DNA of 64,000 bases from Hemiscyllium ocellatum (lineage: Eukaryota). The position numbers were made by a program, and so were the translations under genes. Positions 24,381 through 37,886 of this stretch are shown piece after piece (position 1 is the first letter of the stretch; each line of letters starts with the position of its first letter). The stretch covers positions 32,789,001 to 32,853,000 of the forward strand of contig NC_083421.1 in assembly GCF_020745735.1 (NCBI RefSeq). Reading direction: 5' to 3'. Under the pieces are notes generated by a model. That model did not search any database and was not told where the DNA came from. It saw nothing but the letters and a program-made list of their open reading frames with translations.

Positions 24381-25368
24381 TTCCCTTTCTCATCTATGAA
24401 AGGAACAACTGTGTTTTTAAACAGATTGAAAAATACGTCTTTTCTCAAAAGCTCCATTGTCTTTCTCCCTCCCATTCACAAGATGGGAATCTGTCTTAGG
24501 GTTAAAATATTTACTCTTTGTTTATAACCCCTTTCAGAAATAGTTTTTTTTTGTTCCAGCAGCACTGAGCACTATCTATGTTTGTTCCTTATTTTAACTT
24601 TCATTTCTAATCTCCCTCTCCTAATGCTGCTAACACAGCAAAGTTTTCATCTTTCATTTTTTGGTGTAATGTTCTTGGACTATCCACTTTCTTCCCTCTA
24701 TTCTGCTTCTGTGTGCTGTTTTCTTGCTATCCAATTGACTATAATTATGGACCAGACCCCTCAAGTTATAATAAGAAAGTAGCTGAGACCTTAAATTGTT
24801 CTTATTCAGAAAACAGATTGGCTTACAGCTAACTCTAGCAGCCCAGGAAGAAAAACATGCAGAGTAACCTGAGTGTAGTAGCCGGGAGAGATTCACTGCC
24901 TTCCAATCTTGCTGAGACCCCAGCAACCACTGCAGAAGTTAAAAGTAAAATCCCTGGCTCTGTAGGTGGGAGCTTGCCTGCACCCATTCAGGATGCTGCT
25001 GTTAGATCATACAGTCATCGAGATGTACAGCATGGAAACAGACCCTTCAGTCCAACTCATCCCTGATGACCAGATAGCCTAATCTAATCTAGCCCCATTT
25101 GCCAGTATTTGGCCCATATCCCTCTAAACTCTTACTGTTCATATACCCATTCAGGTGCCTTTTAAATGTAATTGCACCAACCTCCACCACTTCCTCTGGC
25201 AGCTCATTCCACACACGTGTGAAAAAAGTTACCCCTTATGCTCCTTTTAAATCATTTCCATTTTACCCTAAATCTATGCCTTCTAGTTCTGGACTCCACC
25301 ACCCCAGGGAAAAGACTTTGTCTATTTGTCCCATCCATGCCCCTCATGATTCTATAAATGTCTATAAG

Positions 25369-25849
25369 TGAATTTTGAGAAGATTTGTAGCTCACATTAG
25401 ATTAGATTAGACTTACAGTGTGGAAACAGGCCCTTCGGCCCAATAAGTCCACACCGACCCGCCGAAGCGCAACCCACCCATACCCCTACATATACCCCTT
25501 ACCTAACACTACGGGCAATTTAGCATGGCCAATTCACCTGACCCGCACATCTTTGTGACTGTGGGAGGAAACCGGAGCACCCGGAGGAAACCCACGCAGA
25601 CACGGGGAGAACGTGCAAACTCCACACAGTCAGTTGCCTGAGGCGGGAATTGAACCCAGGTCCCTGGCGCTGTGAGGCAGCAGTGCTAACCACTGTGCCA
25701 CCGTGCTTCTGGATTGAGCTTCTGGATGTATGTTTGCTCGCTGAGTTGCAAGGTTCGTTTTGGGAGGCTTACTGATGATGTTATCTAGTATGGTGATGAA
25801 ACATCTGAAAAAGAACTTTCCAGTTCAGTGAGCAAACCTACTTCCAGAA
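25369..25849. mobile_element. Palindromic PLE-terminus mini-element (family D), interrupted by HE1
   Basis: Arms ttctggatgtatgtttgctcgctgag / cagtgagcaaacctacttccagaa; HHR-like CTGATGA-tgttatctagtatggtgat-GAAACATC at 25772-25805; TSD tct(a/g)taag at 25361-25368 and 25852-25859. Confidence 0.7.
25397..25706 (-). mobile_element. Young HE1-type SINE
   Basis: Near-consensus copy with (aatct)n tail. Confidence 0.95.
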
Positions 25850-27699
25850 CCTCTGTAAGGTTACCTCTCAGCCTCCAACACCCCAAGGAAAATAGACTCA
25901 GCCTCTCCCTATAGCTCAAATCCGCCAACCCTGACAGCATCCTTATAAATCTTTTCTAAATCCTTTCAAGTTTCACAGCATTGTTCCAATAGGAAGGAGA
26001 CCGAAATTGCATGCAATATTCCAAAATTGGCCTAACCCATGTCCTGTACAGCCGCAACATGACTCCCAACTCCTATACTCAATGCTCTGACCAATAAAGG
26101 AAAGCATACCAAACACCTTCTTCACTATTTAATTTACCTGTCAAGGAATTATGAACCTGCACTTAAAGGTCTCTTTGTTCAGCAACCCTCCCAGGACCTT
26201 ACCATTAAGTGTATAAGTCATGCTATGTTTTGCCTTTCCAAAAAGCAGCATCTCACATTTATCTAAATTAAACTCCATCTGCCACTCCTCATTGGCCCAT
26301 CAGATTAAGATCCCATTGTCTCTGAGGTAACCTTCTTTGCTGTCCACTAAACCTCCAAGTACGGCATCATCTGCAAACTTACTAACTATACCTCTGACAT
26401 TTGGATCCATATCATTTATATAAATGACAAAAAGCAGTGGGCCCAAAAAATAAACACTCAAGGCTTCTCATAGACAGCTCTCTGTAAAAGAAACAAGGAC
26501 AAAATATACCTCTTAAAGCCATAGCATTGTATGTCTTTCAGATGTGTTACTTCTCCTCTTCTCTATTGTCATGCTTGAATTTTTAACCACTCACCCCTCG
26601 AGCTATCTGAGTTTCTGCTGTTACTTCCAGCATCACTCTTATTTTTAGTTCTCTTACTCTGTGCAACCACCACTTCCCACATTTTAGTCTGCCCAATTGT
26701 GTAATGATCGTGGGACAGCTGCTGCCATTTCCACCTGTAGTTACCACAGAAATTAAATACTGTGACCATATTTTCTTATTTTAGGAAATCTTTTGATGTG
26801 GCATCCAAATAATCTTAAAAATACAAGATAGGAACAGATTGAAGAAAGCAGTCCAGTCAACACTGATTTCTGTTTATAAATATGACCTTATACTGAATGA
26901 CCCAAAATGCTTATTGTCTGTACACCATACATGAATATTTGTTCTGTGCGTGAAAAGGAGTAATTGGCCTGTGGTTTAATGTTTTCATACAGCAGAGCAA
27001 TGGTCTCTTCTCCACTTCTGTCTTGGTGTCTCCCGATTAGTATTTGGTCTCTTTTTAAGGCTAACTAACTGACATGTTGTTAGATATCAATTGCTAAGGC
27101 TATACCTCTGTACCATACGTTTAATTCAGTATCAAGATCAACATTTGCTGAAGCAAAGGAACTTTTATTTTAAAAAAAGGCTATTGCATAAATTAAAGTG
27201 CTCAGTTTTACAATATTGTCAATAGGCTGTCAAATGTCACAGTCCTTTTCATGTAACGTTCAAATGTTTTCTCTGGCTAACTCTTTGCTGTTACAGACCA
27301 AGCTGTCAATTTATTTTAAAAATGTGACACATCTCAATTTGGAATTGAGTGCACAATATTTAATATACACTGCAATCATATGTTAGCTTGCTTGCAGATC
27401 TCTGCAAATGATGCACAAAGATCTGGCTGTATGATTGCATACATAAGACTGGAGGTAAAACCATTATGATAAATTTATGGAAGAAATTCATTCCAATTTG
27501 TACCTGTAAGTTCAAAATGCCTGATGCCTGTCAGCTGCCTAGACTGCAGTAGATTTTTTTTCTTTAACAACATCTAATGCAGTGATGGAACCAGGTAAAA
27601 CAAGTTTCAAAGTGCAAACAAGGCCTATTAAGTGTGAATTGTATCACATTCTTCATACAAAAAAACATCAGAAAGATAAAGTCAAACAAGATAGTGCCT

Positions 27700-27723
27700 G
27701 AGAGAGAGAGAGAGAGAGAGAGA
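27700..27723. repeat. (GA)n microsatellite
   Basis: Seen directly. Confidence 0.9.
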
Positions 27724-28435
27724 CTTTTCCATGTCCACAAAATGTACCATCAACTTTGAGTAAAGTCAAGATAAGTAAGGTGTTCAATATAAGGTTTGCA
27801 GGCTGTGAGATGAAATGAAAGAAAAGTAAGAGACTTATTTGGTCATTTTTAAAACATTAGTTCAGTGCAAATAGCAATATATTTCCACTATTACTATGAT
27901 GTAGGTTTGCCAAACCTCGTCATTTGGTCTGAAATCTCCACTATTTTAATCATGTCCATGTGTAAAACAAACACAGAAGCAGCCACTTTATTTTCTTTAA
28001 GCACTTCTATTTACCCATGATATGAAAATAAAAATTGGAACTGGTGGAGAAAAGGTTGACTACCAGGGATCTTCTCATTGGGTAATGGGCCATCGTTTTT
28101 GCTTTCAAATTAACATGGGAAGGAGGTACACCATGGGAGTGAACAGGTTGGTGATCAACGGCAAGGAATCACCCATTCCCCTTGTCCCATGTGCACCCCT
28201 CCCCTTTCCATGAATAAAACCAAACACAGTTGTCACCTTAACAAGAAGGAGTAAGATCAGGAATTAGTTACTGTGTAAAATCATGTGCTTGGACTTCTTC
28301 AAATGAACTTAATTATTTGGCTTGAAGCTTTAAGTTATGCCGTGTGTTGGATATATATTTCTGTGTTTTAGAAAAATTAGACAGAAATTGAGGGTTTAAG
28401 CTGGAGTGGGATGAATCAAGAGTGTGCATGATCTC

Positions 28436-28643
28436 TATGTTGCTGGAAAAGCGCAGCAGGTCAGGCAGCATCCAAGGAGCAGGAGAATCGACGTTTTGGG
28501 CATAAGCCCTTCAAATGGCTTGATGGGCTTATGCCCAAAATGTTGATTCTCTTGCTCCTTGGATGCTGCCTGACCTGTTGCGCTTTTCCAGCAATATATT
28601 TTTCAGCTCTGATCTCCAGCATCTGCAGTCCTCACTTTCTCCC
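28436..28643. mobile_element. Palindromic PLE-terminus mini-element (family A)
   Basis: Inverted arms; tail on the right arm; TSD gtgcatgatctc at 28424-28435 and 28644-28655; both HHRs degenerate. Confidence 0.9.
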
Positions 28644-28712
28644 GTGCATGATCTCGGCAAGGGAGTAATCTGAGGGGATGCAGAATTCACTTTATGCAAC
28701 AGTTGCATGATG

Positions 28713-28906
28713 AAAACCAAAAGAACTGAGAATGCTGGAAATTAGAAACAAAAACAGAAATTGCTGGGTAACAGAAATCAGAGTTAACGTTTCAGTTCCC
28801 TTGACCCTTCATCAGAACTGTTCTGAGGAAGAGTCCCTGGACCTGAAAAGTTAACTCTGATTTCTCTCCACAGATGCTGCCAGACCTGCTGAGCTTTTCC
28901 AACAGT
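28713..28906. mobile_element. Palindromic PLE-terminus mini-element (family C) with back-to-back HHR motifs
   Basis: HHR motifs at 28786-28815 (-) CTGATGA..GAAACGTT and 28823-28852 (+) CTGAGGA..GAAAAGTT; TSD ttgcatgatg at 28703-28712 and 28907-28916. Confidence 0.8.
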
Positions 28907-29097
28907 TTGCATGATGTTTTCAATTAATCACTTTGTAATCCCTGGGCCTTGACCCTTTAATCCATAGTTCGTATTGAAGACTGACCATTGAAAGTAATTT
29001 GTAAACCTTAGAGAGAACTTCCGGTGAATGGGAAAACTTTCTTATGAGATCCTATGACCATTCAATACAATACTCTGATAACATTTAGCCTTTGATC

Positions 29098-29430
29098 TGT
29101 TTATGACCAGACCCCAAATGAAATGCTTCCTTGTGATTCCAGCCAGGGTACCCCAAACTGTTAAGCTCTCTGGTGAGGAGGGATGAACTGGCTTTTCTTC
29201 TTTATTCACCCGGTCACAGGATTGGCTGCAACAAAGTTAATTTAAGGAAAAATGTCTTCCCTTGTGGATCCCTCTCTCCCAGACTAAATGCACTTTTGCT
29301 TTAAAAAGGAGCCATTTTAACCAGACTTTGTCAAATTAACAAAAAGAGTAAATTTATTCATTACTACACACAAGAAAAAATAACAATAACAATAGAGAAA
29401 TAAGGAAGAAAAGTGGTTGCAATAACTCCT
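29098..29430. mobile_element. LTR-like element start (related to 24745 and 37887); right boundary uncertain
   Basis: tgtttatgaccagacccc start; aatttattca polyA-like signal on the minus strand. Confidence 0.4.
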
Positions 29431-29431
29431 C

Positions 29432-29644
29432 TGCAGCCAGTATCCTGTCATCAAGTCACCCTTTATTTGCATATGCAAAGGACTTGACACTGGTCTGGCC
29501 CCTAAGAGCCAGCTCTCAGAGTGAGCATAACCTCCTGCTTATATCTATCCAGCAGAGCTGCCTGACTGGACCAGGTTAACAGCCCCAATCAGGGAACTCA
29601 CATTCTATGAGATCCACCTGGCTGACCTTGTTACAATCACTGTA
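29432..29644 (-). mobile_element. Short solo LTR-like repeat (~210 bp)
   Basis: TG start; AATAAA (tttatt) and TATA-like (cttatat) motifs on the minus strand; second fragment at 18914. Confidence 0.5.
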
Positions 29645-29649
29645 AGTTA

Positions 29650-29790
29650 GTAATGGAAAAATTCAGCAGGTTTGTCAGCATCTTGAGATCTACAAAAGAG
29701 TTGCATTGGACAGATGGTATCAGACCTGCCTTGTTCTTCTTTTTAGTTCAGATTTCCAACAACCACAGTATCTTGCTTTTATTAGGGTAG
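29650..29790. mobile_element. Highly decayed PLE-terminus hairpin
   Basis: ggaaaaattcagcaggtttgtcagcatc / cagatggtatcagacctg...ttcagatttcca. Confidence 0.5.
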
Positions 29791-30699
29791 AAGTAACAAG
29801 TAAAGCAAAAAGGTAAAACTTCCTTTTTAATAAAATGATTTATGTATCAGTCTCTTAATTGTTCATGAAGAGCAGATAGTTGAGTCCTGTGGCTATTGCA
29901 GTGGAATGTACTCATAATGTTGGTAATGGTAGTTGAACAGGTCAGTTTCACAACCCTTACCTTTGTCTCATTTGGTTGAGGTTCTGTGTTTCTGATTCTT
30001 TTCACACGTGATTGAATTACAGCATTCAGGTTGAGAGAGAGTCACTTTGTTGTTCTGCTCTTTTTTTGGGCGTGTAAAACTTGGAGTGAGAGACGGAGGC
30101 AACCAGGGGATAGTTTTTTGACTATGTCAGCTTCAACGTTGTCTAACGCTTGGTGCAGGTGGGTGCCATGAGAACATTCATTCCAACTAGTGCACTTCAG
30201 TAGAGGTGACACTTGCTATTAAACCCTTGGCCTTCCCTTGTGTGCTCTTCAAGGGCTAAACCACAAATTGTGTCTGCACTTTGGACACACTCCACAGGGA
30301 GTGGCTTGCTATTAACCAGGAAGATGTTGGCCTTGTTATTGTTGTTATCTCAAGGGAGCACAGTCCAGTCTGTTTGAACTTTCTTCAAAACTGTTATGTG
30401 CTATATCCCATCATGGCAATATAAAGATTTATCAACCAGTCACTGAATTTACCCCTCTAGTCATATTATAGCAAAGTGTAAGCCTCATCAGTTTCATAGA
30501 AAGTGTCTTGCTATAAGACGTCATACTATCATCCTAAACTCACCTCATTAACTTTCATCCATGTTCTAGATCTTGTCTGATGCCAGCTGGATTCCACCTC
30601 ACCCAGAAAAACTCACAATTGTCTTGATATCATGGAATAGTCCAGCATCCCTGGCTCCCGTGCTATTTTTAAAACGGCAATTGTGCACTCAGGCAAGCA

Positions 30700-30935
30700 C
30701 TGCCACTTGGGAGTTGCCGTGCACCATTAATGCTCCCGTTGTGGTGGTGAAGGGGAAGCTGGTGCCTGTGGGGTGGTGCACAGCAGAGACATTCTCTTCC
30801 CCAATGAACAGAGGGTACTACACTATCTGGCTCAGCCAGACTGGTCCGATGCTACCACCTCAGTCTCAGCCAAATTGAGGATTACACAGTAATTAAGCAA
30901 AAGGTAAATGACCATCTCCACTCCACCACTGTAAG
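30700..30935 (+). pseudogene. Harbinger-type Myb/SANT-like protein fossil
   Basis: Frame reads GVVHSRDILFPNEQRVLHYLAQPDWSDATTSVSA...KVND, then a gtaagt donor; resembles Harbinger Myb/SANT (R..LFP...W..IA..VSA...CRKK.NDL). Confidence 0.5.
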
Positions 30936-33900
30936 TTCCACCATCTTCTATTTGTTGCCTCACACTCAATCTATCTCTGTAACTGTATCCACATGCCAGC
31001 AAGGCTCATAGTCTACCATGCTCACTATTGCATACACCTTCCCTCACTTGCTCTCATCCAAGCAATTCCCTGTCCAGTAATATGCCCCCCCTTGCTGCCT
31101 ACTCACTCCTTCGGAACATGTCACCACCTTAACCCACCTACACTATCACTGACAGCAGTGCCAACCAATTTTGTCTTCCTTAATACCTGCCTTTCTCTCA
31201 TTCCAGGGGAAAACAGCCCAGTAGAGGGCAGAAAGAGCCAGTTGGGCTGCTCAATATTGGGCTCCTTACCTCTTAAGAAGAGCGGGCCCTGACCCTGGAC
31301 ATCCCAAGTGGCCCTTGCCACTGGACAAGTATCGAAGGCTGTCCTTGGTATATTATGCCAGGACACCTTGACTGAATTGTTTTTCTCTGAACTGGACAAG
31401 TCAAGCTTCCTGACATTGTGACTGCATTAAAAGACAAATGAATAAGAAGTCATCAGCCGAGAAGCTCTGGCTGAGTATTGCAGGATGGAAGGGCAGGATA
31501 GTGCCAGACAAGACAGTGATGTTGTGATCATCCAGATAGGCTCAAAATAAGTGAGCACCAAGAGAACAAGACAAAGACCTGAAGTGGACCTCATTCAATG
31601 GATGCAAATGCATAAAGGGTACTTACAGCAGGAGCAGTAGCAGAACCCAACGTTCAGCCTTAAAGTGCAGACACATGCTGCAAGTGCACTGGAGATGTAC
31701 CATGATGATGCCAGGAGCTTGGTGCATGTTGGATGTCAATGCCCATGGATGGGGTAGGGGTTGTGGGTTGTAGTCTTTGTGATGTTGACCATGAATGTGC
31801 CCTGAGATGTTGGTGCCAAGTGGAGTATTGGGAGGAGCAAGTGGCAAACTGAAGTTGCCAGGTATCGCTCTGATTTTCACATCAGAAATGGTCAATTATA
31901 AGTTTTGTTGGGAAGACAGGAAGCTACATATCAATGAGGCAGGATTTGCAGATTAAGAGGCTATTCATATAACCCCCATTAACAGGTGGTGCCTCTGGAC
32001 CCGAGTGAGACCTCATCTGACTTCTCTTACAATTCTGAGATTCCTTGCCATAGCTGACGCTGTTCATGCTCCTAAAAGATTCAGACATTTGTTTCTGCAG
32101 CCATACTGTTTAAAAGATAAAGCACCATAACGCTTCATGGTGCTAACCCATTGTGGTAACAATGTTAAGGAAATTAAAACTTTCAGCACTGAATTTTGAT
32201 GCACAAGACCTGTATTCTATTTAGAGTGTGGCATAGATCAGAATGAATCACTGTTTGGAAACAGGAAAGCTAGCTTCATTGTACTGCAGTTGAAATTTGT
32301 AGTGTCAATCTTCTCAGGCAGTCTTTGAGGATCAAGGATAAACCTACTTCCGCTCCAGTACAATGGGTTCGGAAAGGCTGATAAGTCCAGTGTAGGAGCT
32401 GTTGGTTTTTCCACATGCCTGGAGTCTAAGGTAGAATACTTGCATGGAGATTTGTGTGTTCCCTCCCATGTCTTGACTTCACCTCTGCACACTCCCTATG
32501 AAATCTCTTGATGTGTTCAATGGCCTTCCCAAGTGAGACTTCTCCCATTTTGGTCTTTCCGAAACCAGGGCTTCCCATGAGTTGGCAATTCTGCTTGACC
32601 TTACCCAGAATGCTTTCATGCTCGCAACATCCTGTGCAATGAGATTGAGAGGAAGGTGAGAGCAGTGCAGCAACAGCGAAGGCGCCAAAAGGAAAATAAT
32701 GAGCAAATAATACCTCACAGGGTTATAAGTGGAAATAGTACTAATTTTAGCAAACTTTAATGAGCAGAGCTGTGATCACAGTTGCTGTCACTTCACGGAC
32801 ATATCAGGCTAATAAATGTGGACTCTGCACTGCAGCGCTTACACCAGACTGGTGTTGCAAATCCTGGTGGTAATGTCATTCTTTAAGGATAAAGCAGTCA
32901 GGCAGGGATAACCGTAACTTTTTAATTTCTCTATATTGAAATCATTGGAGGAAATGCAAAGAAACATTTTCTTTTCATAATTTAACAAATGCCTGGAGGA
33001 GTACATTTCTCCAGTTTAAAGATCCACATTTTGCTGTTACCCTCACTATATATAACATCAGCAATTGTGATTGGAAGATTCTTATTTACTAATTACATTT
33101 CACAGATTATGTAGTTTCTACAATACCAATCAACTTTGTGAGATTTCAGTGGTTACCAACAATAAATATTTTTCAGATTATAAATGAGAGTTTCATGTTT
33201 GTTTTTTTTTGGAATCATTGTTTCATTTGCAAGAATGTATTTCTGCTTTACTGGAGAGAGCCAGTTGGCTTCCCATAAGGTTGTAACCCCTTCTATTATA
33301 CAAGCAATTACTTGCTGTGCTGCAGTGGTAGATTATGCAGTCTTGTACATTAGTCTTGTCAGCTACCTTTTAGTTTAATAGCCTGACGGCTATTTGACAA
33401 ATGCACAGAGGACATAAGTCGCTGATCTTCACCGTGCTGAGCAGAAGTCAGGTGGTTTCCTGCAGGGACTGAGGGTGAATCACCATCTCCCTGCAGCTCC
33501 TTTCTGAGTGACATTGACAAAGTGCTGGTGCATGTCACTTACCTAGTGCCTTGGGTAAGAATGGTCTGTGGTGTCAGCTGATTGATAGGTTGGGGATGAT
33601 GGAAAAATACACGTAAATGATTGGGACAGCTACTCACACTGAACGGAATACTGTTTCATTGCTACTGTTGAATTTAAATGTGTACATCATATTGGCACCA
33701 AGTTACTAAATAGGCTTAGAGCGTTGAAGCTTTATACCTTAGATTTGGTCAAGGTGAATATATTATTTGAGCTAGATACATTAGGGAATACCAACTACAT
33801 GTTCTTGATGCCATTTAAACCTTGAATTAGGTTAGATGTTAGATGTTTCCATGAAGGGATATTGACCTTTAAAATAAGGCAACAGCTCATAAACTGGGTT

Positions 33901-34319
33901 TGGGGATATGGCAGTGACTGGGGGAGGGAATGGGTTAGAGACATTCATTGGAAATCTTACAAAAGAGGGTTGTGTGTGTTCCTAAGTGGGCCTGTCATTG
34001 CTGTGCATGGCAGGCAGTTAGGGATTTGTAGGATATGTCACCCAGATGCTGTTGTCTGTTGGAACTACTTTGATGCCTTTGGGAGATGGAGAGGAATTTT
34101 CCAGATGTTGCATTCACCTTAAATTAGACTGAATACATTTATCTTCATTATTTTCATGGCTGGGGAGATAGTGGGAGATACAATGTGGAGTTTTGTTGTG
34201 CATAGGTTGTGCCATCACTAATGAGAAAGGGTTTCCTCTGTTGTTCTCTTATGTTCTGCGTATTGATTAAAGAAAATCACCTGATGTGTTTTTTAGACTC
34301 TTATGAAAGACACAGCATA

Positions 34320-35830
34320 TAAAGAAGGCTATTTGGCATGTCAAGCCTCTGTGTAATCTTTGGCAGATATAACTAACCCCATCAATTTTTCTTTCAATGT
34401 ATGACTGTAATTTTTCACCTGTTAAATACTTGTTTAATTCTCCTTTGAAAGTCATTAATCAATTTCTTTCTCCCAAATCTGTACAAATAAAAAGTTCACA
34501 TGTCATCTCTAGCTTTTTTTTCCAATCATATTGGTCACCAACCTTACTGTCAATGGCAGCGCTCTCTGCTTATACGCTATTAGACAGATCTTCAAAAATT
34601 ACAATTGCGTCTTCACATGCTAAGTTCTAAGGAGAACTAACCTAGCTTGTCCATTGTTTGCTTAGACCCAAAGTTTCTCATTTCTGGCTATATTCCAGTA
34701 AATCTCTCCTGCATCCTCTCTAAGGACTTGAGTTCACACCTAAAGTGACATGGCCTTTATTGAACCCCCCCTAATCCAGTTGAGACTTAATCAATATTTT
34801 ATAAAGATTTAGCATAATTTTCTGACATTTGCACTGTCCATCAATAAAGGAGGGATCCCATGTTGCTTTTTAAGAGGCTTCTCAGCCTGTTTTGCACTGT
34901 TCACATTTGTGTACATAACCTGTAAGGGAATCACAAGGAAAGTGGGGGTGAGGAATGTCATCAAATCAGCCATGAACTTATTGAATGGCAGAGCAGGCTC
35001 AATGGGCCTACTACTGCCCCTACTTCTATGGTCATAGGGTTTATAAGTGCCCCCTTAGGTCTCTGTTCTTTTAACATTGCTTATTTCATCAAGCTCTCTG
35101 TACCCTCCTGAGGTCTCTCAACTTCATCTCCATTGTTTGCAACAGGAGTTTTATACCAACTGCAAACTTTAAAATTATGCCCTGTACACCCAAGTCGAAT
35201 TCATTAACATATAACAAATAAAGCAATGATCCTTAATACTGATTTCTAGAGAGTGCTGCTGAAAACTTCCCTCAAGTCTGGGAAATGTTTCACCATAGAG
35301 TCATAGAGTCACACAAATGCACAAACACAGAAACACAGCCTCAGTCCAACTCATTCCTGCTGACCTTCATTAATCAAATGCCATTTGCCAGTATTTTTCC
35401 CCAGTCCGTCTAGCCCTTCTTATTCATATGCCTTTTAAATGCTTCAATTGTACCAGCCTCCACTACTTCCTCTGGCAGCTTATTCCATACGCGCACCACA
35501 CTCTGTGTGAAAACGTTGCCCCTATGTCCCTTTTAAATCTTTCCCCTCTAACCATAAACCTCAGCCCTCTAGTTCTGGACTCCCCCACCCTGGGAAAAAG
35601 ACCTTGTCTATTTACCCTACCCATGCCCCATGTGATTTCCTAAACCTCTATAAGGACATCCCTCAGCCTCTGACATTCCAGGAAAACGAGCCCCAGCCTA
35701 TTCAGCAAGATTCTATTTAGTTTACCATTGATTCATGTGATTCCATAAGCTTTAAAGTTTCTTACAAGTCTATTGAGTGGTACTTTGTTAAAAAAAAATC
35801 AACCCCTTTGTTTTACTTCATCAAAGTTGG
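34320..35830 (-). mobile_element. Very old CR1 RT region with younger nested CR1 pieces
   Basis: Degenerate reverse CR1 RT (catcaactgcaaactt-like KFAD region near 35160); a + strand CR1 tail at 34923-35035. Confidence 0.6.
35294..35706 (-). mobile_element. CR1 LINE 3' portion
   Basis: catagagtcatagagt tail; gtaccagcctccactacttcctctggcagc. Confidence 0.9.
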
Positions 35831-35842
35831 TCAAGCTTGAAG

Positions 35843-36020
35843 TGAAAGCAAACGTCTGTGGATGCTGGAAATCTGAAATAAAACTGAAAACACTGGAAGA
35901 ACTCAGTTCTGGCAGCATCTCTGAAGAAGAGTCTTACAAGACTCAAAACATTAACTTTATTTCTCTCTCCAGAGATATTGTCAAACCTACTAAGTTACTC
36001 CATCGTTTTTTTTTCTGGTT
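35843..36020. mobile_element. Decayed PLE-terminus hairpin (family C-like)
   Basis: gatgctggaaatctgaaataaaa...ctggcagcatct; degenerate HHR ctgaagaagagtc...gactcaaaacatt. Confidence 0.6.
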
Positions 36021-37886
36021 AAACATGATATGCCTTTAACAAATCCATTGGGGTTTTCATCTTGTCGGCATCATTTTCCAAATAATTGACTTGAAATGTT
36101 TCTTCATCATGGACTGTGCTGCCGCTATTGTTTTACTATCCAAATCATCTTGTTTCACTATATTCCTCCAGGATACTCCATTGACACTTGGCAATGCTTG
36201 GTGTTTATTTCAAAAATAAAGTGGGATATATCACGAGGCAAGTATTCTTTATTTAGAAGCACAGGAAATTCAACTTGATTACAAAATGCTACTCTTGGGG
36301 TATTACCCATTCTTAACAGCTTTTGCAAATTGCGTTTCATCAATTAGTTACCCTCGGTTGTATTGAAACTTGAACTTTAATGAAAAACCTGGGACTAATG
36401 CATACTTCCTCTCACTCTGATCACGTCTTCATACCAGGGCCCAGCACTTCAGTATTCAAGTTGTTTTCCACATCATTTTCTTTACACATGCAATGGGGCT
36501 ATGTTTGACTATCCCTACCATACTATTGAAGGGAGGGAAAATAAACTGGGAAATTTCTTGGGAAGAGACACCAAGAAGTTTCAAAGGAGGGGTCCTATAT
36601 TAGTTCTCTTGCTTTCTCCATCAAAAAGTAAAACATTTACCACATGGGATGTAAAGAAGACCTGTTTTCAGGACTCTTTTATAATGTGGATATTGAGCAT
36701 TGAACATTTGTCCCATTTACTCATTTTCCACTTAGGAAAATCAGTAAAAGCAAACTTCACCATTGGAATTTTTCCTGTGATGAGAGCATTGAAGTGCTGA
36801 GTAAATCGGGCCTTTAATTGCTAGTGTTTACAAGAAGATGAAGTCATCGAGATGAAACTTGGAAAGTTCTGAAGGCTATTGACTCTGAGAAATCCAGAAC
36901 ATTGGGAGGCCATCTCAGGGCTGGGGACAGTCATTGTGATTGAGATGATGAGAAGGTTCTTTTAGGTTGTGTTAGGCAGGTCTTTCAGGAAATCGAGGAA
37001 CATGGAGAGTAGACAGGACAATGGAGGTGAAGCTGAAAGTCAGCTTTGATTTCAAAAAGCATGGCAGATGGACCACAGGAGTTTGGTCTACTCCTGCTGC
37101 TTTTATATTCTTTTGCTCAGATTAACTCCCAGTTCAAATCATCTTTGTTACACAATAGGGTAAAAACGTTGGCATTCTACAACTATAAGAACAAAAGATG
37201 ATGAAGAGAGTATACTACATATATTTTCTGAAATTAAATGAGTGGATGAAGCTCAGGGGTCAGAAGATTAAGTTGTAAATGGTTAGAGCTAAGTACGATG
37301 TCTGGAAGGTTTTTGTTTCACAGGGAAGTGATCAGACCAGGCTGCCATCTCATGAGGTAGAAGCTGATTTAATGAATTTCTGCAAGGGAGTGTTGGACCT
37401 ATCGCTAATTGGGGTGGATATCTCCTCTTTTAAAAGGCGGTTGAGATTGGAGGATCAAAGTTATCTCCCAGACTAGTTTGATCACTTCAATGCTCAGGGC
37501 AGGAATCTTCCAGTGTTTCTTCTCCAAAGTTAACCTGACATTCTAATTCAATTACACCTCTTCTGATCATGTTCACGTAGATTGTAATTCACAAGGTCCA
37601 ACGATGGTCTGGATATTCTGGAAGGTCTTGACCTGAGTGCCATTGTTTATATCATGAATTGCATCCAAGTAAACCCCCTTTTCTTTGTAGTCTGTATGTT
37701 TTTCCTGAATTGAGAATTGTCCATGTTCTTCCAACTCAGCTCTAACTGGTGATTTATAAATCTTAGCATGGTCTTATTACTCTGTCATCTCTGAGTCCAT
37801 TTATATGTCATGCATATGCTTTTTTTTTAATGTAACTTGTCAATTTGCCCTACCACTCACAAGAATGCATACACTATATGGGGTAT

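Larger units (their letters stand above)
25006..26445 (-). mobile_element. CR1 LINE (HER1-like) with nested PLE hairpin and HE1
   Basis: Reverse complement of the 19300-20260 CR1 sequence; KFADD region near 26365-26380. Confidence 0.92.
24745..26532. mobile_element. Solo LTR-like element (related to 37887-39672) split by a CR1
   Basis: Start ttatggaccagacccctcaa and end aaggacaaaata.acct.ttaaa..catagca resemble both ends of 37887-39672. Confidence 0.6.

Noticed and set aside
33466-33554. Open frame between cctgcag and gtaaga (TEGESPSPCSSFLSDIDKVLVHVTYLVPW)
   Set aside because: Weak polypyrimidine tract and no recognisable protein; cannot be supported without RNA-seq.
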